From Gemmatimonadota bacterium (GTDB taxonomy: Bacteria > Gemmatimonadota > Gemmatimonadetes > Longimicrobiales > Gaopeijiaceae): a stretch of 34,983 bases of DNA. Positions 16,482 through 24,262 of this stretch are shown here, piece after piece. Under the pieces are notes generated by a model. That model was not told where the DNA came from. It saw only the letters and a program-made list of their open reading frames with translations, and made no database searches. Numbering within the stretch: position 1 is the first letter of the stretch; each line of letters opens with the position of its first letter. The stretch spans positions 1-34,983 of the forward strand of contig SKVI01000396.1 in NCBI GenBank assembly GCA_007129525.1, in the 5' to 3' direction. The translations under genes were made by a program, and so were the position numbers.

Positions 16482-17741
16482 ATGTCCCCGGACTCCGCCA
16501 CCGCGGCCGATCCAGACTTCACCTACCGTCTCGAAGAGACCGAGGGCGCGGCGCGACGCGGGGTGTTTCGGACCCCCCACGGTCCCGTCTCCACCCCGGC
16601 CTTCATGCCGGTGGGGACGCTGGGTGCGGTGAAGACCCTTTCTCCGGAGGAGGTGGCGGACGTGGGGTCCAGCATGATCCTGGCCAATACCTACCATCTT
16701 TTCCTCCGCCCGGGCCACCTGGAGGTCCGGAGGCTCGGGGGCCTCCATGCCTTCATGCGTTGGGATGGACCCATCCTCACCGACTCCGGCGGCTACCAGG
16801 TCTTCTCGCTGGCCCACATGAACCGGATCACCGATGAGGGGGCCGAGTTCCAGAGCCACATCGACGGTTCGCGGCACTTCTTCACTCCCGAGTCCGTCAT
16901 GGAGATCCAGCGGATTCTGGGAGCCGACGTGGTCATGGCCTTCGACGAGTGCCCGCCCGGCGGGTGCGATCGGACCACCGCCCGCCAGGCCAACGAGCGG
17001 ACCCTGCACTGGCTCGAGCGGTGTCGGAAGCGCTTCCGGGAGATCGGCCGCGAGGGTCTCGGACCCGAGGCGCTGGATGGAGTCGCGGGCTCCGTTGCGG
17101 ATGCCCCCGCGGGTGACGGCCATCTGGCGGCCCTCTCCGAGCCCGCCGGCATCCCGCGGCAGACCCTCTTTCCCGTCCTCCAGGGGAACGTGTACCCCGA
17201 CCTCCGGCGCGAGCACGCCCGGCAGATCCGAGACATGGGTGACTGGGAAGGGTTGGCCATCGGGGGGCTCTCGGTGGGCGAGGACAAGGACCAGATGTGG
17301 CAGACGCTGGAGGTGCTGGACCCCGAGCTGCCCCGGGACCGCCCCCGCTACCTGATGGGGGTGGGGTATCCCGACGATCTCCTGGAGGCCATTGCCCGGG
17401 GGTGTGACCTCTTTGACTGCGTGGCGCCCACCCGGAATGCCCGGCACGGCACGGCCTGGACCCTGGACCAGGGTCAGGTGAACTTGAAGGCCGCCCGATT
17501 CAGGCGAGACGCCCGGCCCCTGGACTCGGAGTGCGACTGCTACGGCTGCAGGCGCTTCGACCGGGCCTATCTCCGACACCTGGTTGTGGCGGGCGAGGCG
17601 TTCGCCCACCGGCTCATCTCGCTCCACAACATCCGCTTCCTGATTCGACTGGCCGAGGAAAGCCGGCGTCGGATCGGAGAGGGGAGTTTCGGGAGCTGGA
17701 GCCGGGATTGGCTGGAACGGTACCGCACGGCGGGGGGGTAG
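16482..17741 (+). CDS. tgt: tRNA guanosine(34) transglycosylase Tgt
   Basis: Homology starts near FTYRLEETEGAARRGVFRTPHGPVSTPAFMPVGT. Also present are ILTDSGGYQVFSL and the zinc site CDCYGCRRFDRAYLRH. ATG 16482 is preferred over the track GTG at 16386. Confidence 0.92.
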   Translation: MSPDSATAADPDFTYRLEETEGAARRGVFRTPHGPVSTPAFMPVGTLGAVKTLSPEEVADVGSSMILANTYHLFLRPGHLEVRRLGGLHAFMRWDGPILTDSGGYQVFSLAHMNRITDEGAEFQSHIDGSRHFFTPESVMEIQRILGADVVMAFDECPPGGCDRTTARQANERTLHWLERCRKRFREIGREGLGPEALDGVAGSVADAPAGDGHLAALSEPAGIPRQTLFPVLQGNVYPDLRREHARQIRDMGDWEGLAIGGLSVGEDKDQMWQTLEVLDPELPRDRPRYLMGVGYPDDLLEAIARGCDLFDCVAPTRNARHGTAWTLDQGQVNLKAARFRRDARPLDSECDCYGCRRFDRAYLRHLVVAGEAFAHRLISLHNIRFLIRLAEESRRRIGEGSFGSWSRDWLERYRTAGG

Positions 17742-17783
17742 GCTGGACGGTGGCGCTGAAACGGATTCCACGAGACGGACCCC

Positions 17784-17811
17784 GCATGACGAACCCTGCA
17801 TGACGAACCCT
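17784..17811. repeat. perfect 14-bp tandem duplication GCATGACGAACCCT x2 in the yajC 5' region
   Basis: 17784-17797 and 17798-17811 are identical and directly adjacent. They lie in the 96-bp tgt-yajC gap, 27 nt upstream of the yajC GTG. Confidence 0.9.
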
Positions 17812-17837
17812 TACACGACAAACACACGGAGTGAGCG

Positions 17838-18164
17838 GTGATCGATCCTTCAATCGGACTCCTTCTGGCCCCTGGAGGCGAAGAAGGTGGCGGCGGTCTC
17901 ATGGTCCTCCTCATCAACTTCGGTCTCATCTTTCTCATCTTCTACTGGCTCCTGATCCGGCCGCAGCGAAAAGAGCGGGAGCGCCACAAGGAGATGGTGC
18001 TGGGGCTGAAGAAGGGTGACCAGGTGGTGATGAACGGAGGGATCGTGGGGACCATCGTGCACGTGCGCGAGCACCGCCTGACCCTCAAGACGGCCGACAA
18101 CACCCGCCTGGAGGTGGACCGCCACATGGTGGGCCGAAAGCTGGACGATCAGGACGAGGGTTGA
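17838..18164 (+). CDS. yajC: preprotein translocase subunit YajC
   Basis: 108 aa with a single TM segment followed by the YajC signature LIFYWLLIRPQRKERERHKEM..LKKGDQVVMNGGIVGTIV. GGAG lies 7 nt upstream of the GTG. The queA-tgt-yajC order matches the E. coli arrangement. Confidence 0.85.
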   Translation: MIDPSIGLLLAPGGEEGGGGLMVLLINFGLIFLIFYWLLIRPQRKERERHKEMVLGLKKGDQVVMNGGIVGTIVHVREHRLTLKTADNTRLEVDRHMVGRKLDDQDEG

Positions 18165-18168
18165 GCCC

Positions 18169-18690
18169 ATGCCGGTTCGAGACATCGTCCTTCTGGGGGA
18201 TCCGGTGCTTCGGGAGCCGGGTCGGGAGGTGGAGACCTTCGACGAAGAGCTCCGGACCCTCGTGGACGAGATGTTCGCCACCATGGTGGCGGCTGAAGGG
18301 GCCGGGCTGGCGGCGCCGCAGGTGGGGGTGTCGCTCCGGGTGCTGGTGGCCGACGTGCGCCAGAGCGAAGGCGAGCACGCCCGGGCGGCGCTGGTGAACC
18401 CCCGGGTGGTGGAAAGCGGTGCCGAAAGGGACAAGGAGCCCGAGGGGTGCCTCAGCATTCCCGGGGTGCGGGAGGTGGTGGAGCGGCCGTGGTCGGTGGT
18501 GGTGGAAGGTGTCGACCCCACTGGCGAGCCGGTTCGGATCGAGGCCGAGGGGCTCTGGGCGCGGGTCCTGCAGCACGAGATCGATCACCTGAACGGCGTG
18601 CTCTTCATTGACCACCTCTCACCCCTCAAGCGACGAATGCTACTGAAGCGCTACCGCAAGCTTCGCAGCGAGGAGGACGCCGACTCGTGA
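18169..18690 (+). CDS. def: peptide deformylase
   Basis: All three Def motifs are present: GLAAPQVG, EGCLSIPG and QHEIDHLNG. Confidence 0.95.
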   Translation: MPVRDIVLLGDPVLREPGREVETFDEELRTLVDEMFATMVAAEGAGLAAPQVGVSLRVLVADVRQSEGEHARAALVNPRVVESGAERDKEPEGCLSIPGVREVVERPWSVVVEGVDPTGEPVRIEAEGLWARVLQHEIDHLNGVLFIDHLSPLKRRMLLKRYRKLRSEEDADS

Positions 18691-19622
18691 GAATTCTATT
18701 CTGGGGTACCCCTGATTTTGCCGTACCCTCTCTCCGGGCCCTCGTGGGGGAAGGGCATCACGTGGTGGGGGTGGTGACCCAGCCCGACCGGCCAGCGGGG
18801 CGGGGCCGAAAGCTTCGGGCCTCCGCAGTCCGGGAGGCGGCGGAGTCGGAGGGGATTCCGGTGCTCACCCCGGAGGCTCCCCGGGGTGACGACTTCGTGG
18901 CCCAACTCGGGGAGCTGGAGCCGGAGCTCTCGGTGGTGGTGGCGTATGGGCACCTCCTTCGTCCGCGGGTGCTGGAGCTTCCGGACCGGGGATCGGTGAA
19001 CGTGCACGCCTCTCTTCTCCCCAAGCTGCGGGGACCGGCTCCGGTGAACTGGGCCATCATCCGAGGACATCGCCGCACCGGGGTCACCGTCATGCAGATG
19101 ACCGAGGGGATGGACGAGGGCCCCATCCTCCTGCAGCGCGAGGTGCCCATCGCCCCGGACGACACGGCCACCGGCCTCTACCTTCGCCTGGCGGAGCTGG
19201 GGGCCGAGGCGCTCATCGAGGCTCTGGCCCTCATGGAGTCGGATCTCCTGGAACCCGAGGAGCAGGATCACCGGCGAGCCACCCACGCACCCAAGGTGGA
19301 CCGAGAGACCGCCCGGATCGACTGGAGCCTCCCGGCTCGTCAGGTGGCCGACCGGATCCGGGGCATGGACATGGTCCCTGGCGCCTGGACGCTCCTGGGT
19401 GAGGAGCCCGTCAAGCTCTTCGCGCCCCGAGTGGTGGAGGCGGACGCCCCCGGGGCGCCCGGCCAGATTCTGGTGGCGGACCCGGACCGGGGGCTGGTGG
19501 TGGCCACCGGTGAGGGGGGTGCCGTGGAGCTGGAGGAGGTGCAGCCGCCGGGCAAGCGGCGGATGGGGGCCGAGGACTGGCTCCGGGGACGGGGCCCCGA
19601 GGCCGGAGCGCGTTTCCGGTGA
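18687..19622 (+). CDS. fmt: methionyl-tRNA formyltransferase
   Basis: Motifs ILFWGTPDFAVPSL and NVHASLLPKLRGPAPVNWAI are present. The GTG start overlaps the def stop (GTGA at 18687-18690). Confidence 0.95.
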   Translation: MRILFWGTPDFAVPSLRALVGEGHHVVGVVTQPDRPAGRGRKLRASAVREAAESEGIPVLTPEAPRGDDFVAQLGELEPELSVVVAYGHLLRPRVLELPDRGSVNVHASLLPKLRGPAPVNWAIIRGHRRTGVTVMQMTEGMDEGPILLQREVPIAPDDTATGLYLRLAELGAEALIEALALMESDLLEPEEQDHRRATHAPKVDRETARIDWSLPARQVADRIRGMDMVPGAWTLLGEEPVKLFAPRVVEADAPGAPGQILVADPDRGLVVATGEGGAVELEEVQPPGKRRMGAEDWLRGRGPEAGARFR

Positions 19623-20287
19623 AGATTCCCCGACTGCACCTCGTTACCAACGACCGGGTCCTGGCCGCCGACCATTTCGTGGCCCGGGCCACTCGGGCCA
19701 TGGAGGCCGGGGACGCCAGGGTGGCGCTCCACCTGAGGGGACCCGATTCCGGAGGTAGGCTCCTGTGGGAGCACGGCCGGGCGCTGGCGCCGGTGGCTCG
19801 ACGCACGGGAACGCTCTTCCTGGTCAACGACCGGGTGGACGTGGCTCGCCTCCTGGAGCTGGGCGGCGTGCACCTGCCGGAGCACGGTCTGCCCGTCTCC
19901 GAAGCCCGCGCCCTTCTCCCCGACGGCGCCGTGGTGGGCCGCTCCCTCCACGAGCCCCGGGCCCTGGAGGGCCGCGAGCGACCGGACGTGGCATTGGTGG
20001 GTACACTCTTCACGACCCCTTCGCACCCGGGTCGGTTGGGCGCGGGCCCCGGACGGGTCACCCGGATCCGGCGAGCGAACCCGGGCCTTCCCCTTGTGGG
20101 AATCGGGGGGGTCACCCTGGACCGGGTGAGTTCCGTCATGGCGGCGGGAGCCCACGGCGTGGCGCTCCTGCGATCCGTGTGGGACCATGCCCGGCCGGAG
20201 GAGGCGGTGGCCGAGTACCTGGACGTCGTCTACGGACAGGCAGACCCGGCCCCCGAATCAGAGGCGGACCACGAGGAGGACACATGA
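19619..20287 (+). CDS. thiE: thiamine phosphate synthase
   Basis: 222 aa with ThiE-like blocks FLVNDRVDVA, GVHLPE, VGRSLH, VGTLFTTPSHPG, VGIGGVT and GAHGVALLRSV. The GTG start overlaps the fmt stop (GTGA at 19619-19622). Confidence 0.87.
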   Translation: MKIPRLHLVTNDRVLAADHFVARATRAMEAGDARVALHLRGPDSGGRLLWEHGRALAPVARRTGTLFLVNDRVDVARLLELGGVHLPEHGLPVSEARALLPDGAVVGRSLHEPRALEGRERPDVALVGTLFTTPSHPGRLGAGPGRVTRIRRANPGLPLVGIGGVTLDRVSSVMAAGAHGVALLRSVWDHARPEEAVAEYLDVVYGQADPAPESEADHEEDT

Positions 20288-20526
20288 CCGAGACGACGAC
20301 GAACCCCACCCGCGATACCGGTCGCATCAACCTCACCGTGAACGGTGAGGAGCGGAAGGTAGAGCGGGGGACCACCGTGGCCGGGCTCCTGGAGGAGCTG
20401 GACCTGGAACCCCGGACCGTGGTGGTGGAGCGAAACCGGGAGATCATTCCCCGCGACGACTACGGCGAGGTGACACTTCGGGACGACGACACGCTGGAGC
20501 TGGTCCACTTCGTGGGGGGCGGCTGA
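20284..20526 (+). CDS. thiS: sulfur carrier protein ThiS
   Basis: 80 aa with a ubiquitin-like pattern INLTVNGEERKVERGTTVAGLLEEL...LELVHFVGGG and a C-terminal GG. The ATG overlaps the thiE stop (ATGA at 20284-20287). The rest of the track ORF (19765-20283) is an out-of-frame overlap of thiE. Confidence 0.85.
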   Translation: MTETTTNPTRDTGRINLTVNGEERKVERGTTVAGLLEELDLEPRTVVVERNREIIPRDDYGEVTLRDDDTLELVHFVGGG

Positions 20527-20542
20527 GTGGGAAGAGCCTCAT

Positions 20543-20567
20543 CTGCACGGCCGCTTTGGACGTGCAG
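20543..20567 (+). promoter_or_regulatory. perfect 7-bp-stem hairpin between thiS and thiG
   Basis: CTGCACG (20543-20549) and CGTGCAG (20561-20567) flank an 11-nt loop, 17 nt after the thiS stop. No T-run follows, so it is not a canonical intrinsic terminator. It could be an mRNA stability or processing element, or chance. Confidence 0.25.
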
Positions 20568-20625
20568 CGTCCCACCGCGAAGTCGATCCTTCGTACCCCA
20601 CATCCGAACCACGACATAGATCAAG

Positions 20626-21435
20626 ATGACGACCTCAACCGAACGGGCAGGATCCGGCCTGGATGACGGACCCCTCACCATCGGGGGGCGGGACTTCGAG
20701 TCGCGCCTCATCGTGGGCACGGGCAAGTATCCGGACAATGAGACCATGGTGGAGGCCATCCGGGCCAGCGGGTCCGAGATGGTCACCGTGGCGGTGCGCC
20801 GGGTGGACCTGGACCGGAGCTCCGAGGAAGGGATCCTGCACCACCTGGACCCGGACGAGTTCTTTCTGCTGGCCAACACCGCGGGGTGCTACACAGCCGA
20901 GGACGCCGTCCGCTACGCCCGCCTGGCCCGGGCTGCCGGCTTCAACGAGTGGATCAAGCTGGAGGTCATCGGCGACGAGAAGACCCTCCTGCCCGACGTG
21001 CAGGCCACCCTCGAGGCGGCCCGCATTCTGGTGGACGAGGGCTTCAAGGTGATGGCCTATACCAACGACGACCTGGTGGCCGCCCTCAGGCTCGAGGACG
21101 CGGGCTGCGTCTCGGTGATGCCCCTGGCCAGCCCCATCGGGAGCGGACTGGGGCTCGTGAACCCGTACTACATTCGCGAGATCAAGGACCGGCTCGAGGT
21201 CCCGGTCATCGTGGATGCCGGTGTGGGCACCGCGTCCGATGCCTGTGCCACCATGGAGCAGGGGGTGGACGGAGTTCTCATGAACACCGCCATCGCGGCG
21301 GCTGACGAGCCGGTATCCATGGCCCGGGCCATGCGCCTGGGCGTGCAGGCCGGGCGGCTGGCGTACCTGGCCGGGCGGATGCCCCGCCGGGAGATCGCCG
21401 TGCCTTCGTCGCCCGTCGGGGGGATGCTGGACTGA
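20626..21435 (+). CDS. thiG: thiazole synthase ThiG
   Basis: 269 aa with LIVGTGKYPDNETMVEAIRASGSEMVTVAVRRV, KLEVIGDEKTLLPD, MPLASPIGSGLG and IVDAGVGTASDA, which are typical ThiG blocks. Confidence 0.95.
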   Translation: MTTSTERAGSGLDDGPLTIGGRDFESRLIVGTGKYPDNETMVEAIRASGSEMVTVAVRRVDLDRSSEEGILHHLDPDEFFLLANTAGCYTAEDAVRYARLARAAGFNEWIKLEVIGDEKTLLPDVQATLEAARILVDEGFKVMAYTNDDLVAALRLEDAGCVSVMPLASPIGSGLGLVNPYYIREIKDRLEVPVIVDAGVGTASDACATMEQGVDGVLMNTAIAAADEPVSMARAMRLGVQAGRLAYLAGRMPRREIAVPSSPVGGMLD

Positions 21436-21455
21436 AGCCCACGAGGCCCCGACAG

Positions 21456-22757
21456 GTGGCGCTGTCTCTCCTGCGCCAGGTGGGCCGTGGCCGCCGCCTG
21501 GACGTGGCGTGGGGAGAGGTGGCTCCGGGCTTGGCCCCGGAGCACCGCCCCTGGGTGCAGGAAGCCACCTACGGAACGGTCCGCCTGCAGGGACGAATCG
21601 ACCACCTCCTGGACCTCCACCTGGACCGGGGCGTGAAGAGCCTGACTCCGGTCGCCCTGCCAGTTTTCCGGCTCGGCGCATACCAGCTCCTGTACATGGA
21701 TGGCACCCCGGCCTACGCCGCCGTCTCCCAGGCCGTGGCCCAGGCCCGGCAGATGGGAGGGAAGGGAATGGCGGGATTGGCCAACGCCGTCCTGCGGAGT
21801 CTGGCCCGGGAGGGTGGGGCGGTGGAACGGTTCCCCACTCTGGAGTCGGACCCCCAGCGCCATCTCAGCACCTGGGGCTCGCATCCGGGCTGGCTGGTGA
21901 GCCGCTGGATCGCCCGCTACGGGGTGGAGGGCGCCGCCGCCCTCGTGGAGGCCGGGAACCGGATTCCGGACACCTACTTCCGGCCCCTTCGCACCGACCC
22001 GGAGGAGGCGGTGGACGTCCTGCTCCGGGCGTTGGGGGCTGCGGGACCGGAGACCGGGTCACAGCCTCCAGCGGAGATGGGTCCCCCGGGAAGCGGGACC
22101 GTCCGCCTCGGCTCCGGGATCTCACCCACTGACGCCCTGGGCGCGCTTGCCGGGATCATTCAGGATCCCGCAGCCGGGTGGGTGGTCCGGTGGTGCCCCG
22201 AGGGTCCGATCACGCTCATCGACCTCTGCGCGGCGCCGGGGGGAAAGGCGGTGGCATTGGGGGCCCGGGGAGTGCGGGTGGTGGCTGCCGACCGATCGGA
22301 GCGGCGCATGCGAATCCTGAGCGATACCCTCCGGCGGCTGGGGCTCGAGATGTCCCGGGTGGTGGCTCTGGGCGAGGCGCCTCCCTTCCGTGCGGTAGAC
22401 GCCGTGCTCGTCGATGCGCCCTGTTCCGGAACCGGCACGCTTGCCCGGCACCCGGATGCCAGATGGCGGTTGTCCGAAGGGGATATTCTCGCCCTCTCCC
22501 GGGTACAGAACCGGATCCTGGACGGCGCTGCCGGAATCGTTCGGCCCGGAGGTGTTCTGGTGTATTCCACCTGTACGCTCGAGCCGGAAGAGAACCGGGA
22601 AAGCGTGGAGTCGTTCCTGGGCCGCCACCCGGAGTTCATGGTGGAGGAGGGAGAAGGGATTCCGGAGATGGCTCGCGACGGACCCTTCCTCCTTGCGCTT
22701 CCCCATCGGACGGGGACGGATGGTGCATTCGCCGCCCGGCTACGGCGTCGAGGTTGA
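21456..22757 (+). CDS. rsmB: 16S rRNA (cytosine967-C5)-methyltransferase RsmB
   Basis: The N-terminus is NusB-like. Motifs present: SAM-binding DLCAAPGGK, DAPCSGTGT and the catalytic YSTCTLEPEEN. The start is uncertain. GTG 21456 is the first in-frame start after the thiG stop, and conserved residues may begin a few codons earlier. Confidence 0.87.
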   Translation: MALSLLRQVGRGRRLDVAWGEVAPGLAPEHRPWVQEATYGTVRLQGRIDHLLDLHLDRGVKSLTPVALPVFRLGAYQLLYMDGTPAYAAVSQAVAQARQMGGKGMAGLANAVLRSLAREGGAVERFPTLESDPQRHLSTWGSHPGWLVSRWIARYGVEGAAALVEAGNRIPDTYFRPLRTDPEEAVDVLLRALGAAGPETGSQPPAEMGPPGSGTVRLGSGISPTDALGALAGIIQDPAAGWVVRWCPEGPITLIDLCAAPGGKAVALGARGVRVVAADRSERRMRILSDTLRRLGLEMSRVVALGEAPPFRAVDAVLVDAPCSGTGTLARHPDARWRLSEGDILALSRVQNRILDGAAGIVRPGGVLVYSTCTLEPEENRESVESFLGRHPEFMVEEGEGIPEMARDGPFLLALPHRTGTDGAFAARLRRRG

Positions 22758-22800
22758 ACGGGTCCAGAGGGTAGAAGATCACTATCGTGGAGAACATTCG

Positions 22801-23670
22801 ATGAAGCTGGGAAGTTCCATGCGTCGCCGGAGGGGGAGCTCCGGATCGCCCGGAGGTGGAGGCCGCCGGGGCGGAAATGACCGCGGCTGGTGGCCCGGTC
22901 TCGGTGGGTTGGTGCCTTCGGGCGGTCGAGGCCGCCTGCTTCTCCTGGCCGTGGTGGCCCTCCTCACCGGGTCCGGGGGCGGGTACCTCTACGCCACCCA
23001 GGTGGTGTTCCCCGCCGACGAGGTCCAGGTGGCGAACTTTCGTACCGTGCCGGATCTCCGGGGGATGGCCCTGGACGAGGCCCGCACGGCGCTGGACGAC
23101 ATGGAGCTGGCCTACGGCGAGGTGGATTCCATCCAACACCCCGAAGCCACCGAGTCCCGGATCGTGGGGCAAACGCCCCTGCCGGGCCAACTGGGCGTGC
23201 CCGGGGGCACGGTGGACGTCACCATCAGCCTCGGGCCCGAACGTCGTCCGGTTCCCGACGTGACCCGGCTCATCGCCAGCCGGGCCCTGACCGTGCTGGA
23301 GACCACCGGCTTCGCGGTACAGGTGGACTCCACGGAGTCCGACGCTCCGGCGGGTCGAGTGGTGGAAACGGATCCGGCCGCCGGTGAGGAGGTGGTGCTC
23401 CCCTCGGAGATTCGGGTGACGGTGAGCCTGGGGCCGCCCCTGGTGGAGCTGCCCGACCTGGTGGGAATGCAGGAGGTCCGGGCCCGCCAGATCCTGGACT
23501 CGCTGGGGCTGGAGGTAGGCGAGGTGGAGGCCCAGTTCCGGTTCGGCTTCAACCAGGGTGAGGTGCTTGGGCAGCTTCCGGAGGCGGGGACGGAGGTGCC
23601 GCAGGGGAGCGTCGTTCGCCTCGAGGTGGGCCGCCGGGGCTTCATGAGAAATCCGCAAGACGGGACGTAG
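22801..23670 (+). CDS. single-pass membrane protein with three PASTA repeats and no catalytic domain
   Basis: Starting at ATG 22801, the protein has an Arg/Gly-rich ~45-aa N-terminus and one TM span (LLLLAVVALLTGSGGGYLY). Three ~65-aa repeats follow, starting VPDLRGMALDEAR..., VPDVTRLIASRAL... and LPDLVGMQEVRAR..., each ending in a ...V(T/S/E)(I/V/L)(S/E)(L/V)G pattern. The 129 upstream codons of the track ORF are an alternative frame of rsmB. Confidence 0.8.
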   Translation: MKLGSSMRRRRGSSGSPGGGGRRGGNDRGWWPGLGGLVPSGGRGRLLLLAVVALLTGSGGGYLYATQVVFPADEVQVANFRTVPDLRGMALDEARTALDDMELAYGEVDSIQHPEATESRIVGQTPLPGQLGVPGGTVDVTISLGPERRPVPDVTRLIASRALTVLETTGFAVQVDSTESDAPAGRVVETDPAAGEEVVLPSEIRVTVSLGPPLVELPDLVGMQEVRARQILDSLGLEVGEVEAQFRFGFNQGEVLGQLPEAGTEVPQGSVVRLEVGRRGFMRNPQDGT

Positions 23671-23691
23671 AGGCGCGGAGGCGCCCTGACC

Positions 23692-24258
23692 ATGGCCAAG
23701 AAATCATCCAATCTGCCCTTCGTGCTCACCGCGCTCCTTGCCCTGGGGGTGGTGATCGTGGCGTGGACCGGCCGCGACCGCTTTCAGATGCCGGGTCCGG
23801 GAGCGCCGGCGCCGAACTTCGAGGCGGTGACCCTGGACGGTGAGCCGGTGACCCTGGACAACTACCGGAACAAGGTGGTGCTCCTGAACATCTGGGCTAC
23901 CTGGTGCCCACCCTGCGTGTGGGAGATGCCCTCCATGCAGCGTCTGTACGACCGCTTTGACGGCCGGGACTTCGAGATTGTCGCAGTGAGCGTCGACGGC
24001 CCTCAGCGGGGCTTCACTGGACCCATGGGCCGACCGGCAGGCGACCCCGGCGCCTTCGCCGACTCGCTTGGCCTCACCTTTCCCATCCTGTGGGACCCGG
24101 AGGGCGGCATCATGCGCCAGTACCGGACCAGTGCGGTGCCCGAGTCCTTCGTCATCGGCCGCGACGGGCTCATGTACCGCCGGGTAGCCGGTGCCACCGA
24201 ATGGGATCATCCCCAGTACGTGGAGTTCATCGAACGGCTCCTGGACGAGGAGGGGTGA
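23692..24258 (+). CDS. TlpA/ResA-like membrane-anchored thiol-disulfide oxidoreductase
   Basis: 188 aa with an N-terminal TM anchor (LPFVLTALLALGVVIVAW) and a thioredoxin fold carrying WATWCPPC (CxxC active site). Confidence 0.85.
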   Translation: MAKKSSNLPFVLTALLALGVVIVAWTGRDRFQMPGPGAPAPNFEAVTLDGEPVTLDNYRNKVVLLNIWATWCPPCVWEMPSMQRLYDRFDGRDFEIVAVSVDGPQRGFTGPMGRPAGDPGAFADSLGLTFPILWDPEGGIMRQYRTSAVPESFVIGRDGLMYRRVAGATEWDHPQYVEFIERLLDEEG

Positions 24259-24262
24259 AGGC

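Noticed and set aside
20527-20625. A TPP (THI-box) riboswitch expected in front of thiG or elsewhere in the thi block.
   Set aside because: The gap is only 99 nt. I could not find the conserved CUGAGA or the pyrimidine-sensing and pyrophosphate-sensing helix sequences. thiE and thiS have no leader at all because their starts overlap upstream stops. A covariance-model search is still needed for certainty.
22414-22800. A 129-codon in-frame extension upstream of the PASTA protein, which might have hidden a kinase domain.
   Set aside because: The region is the 3' end of rsmB read in another frame. Its translation has no kinase motifs (no GxGxxG, HRD or DFG). ATG 22801 follows the rsmB stop and gives a sensible tail-TM-PASTA architecture.
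23672-23685. A small hairpin, GGCGC-GGAG-GCGCC, between the PASTA gene and the TlpA-like gene that might sequester a Shine-Dalgarno sequence.
   Set aside because: It has only a 5-bp stem with a 4-nt loop in GC-rich DNA, which is easily chance. The 21-bp gap gives no room for an independent regulatory element.
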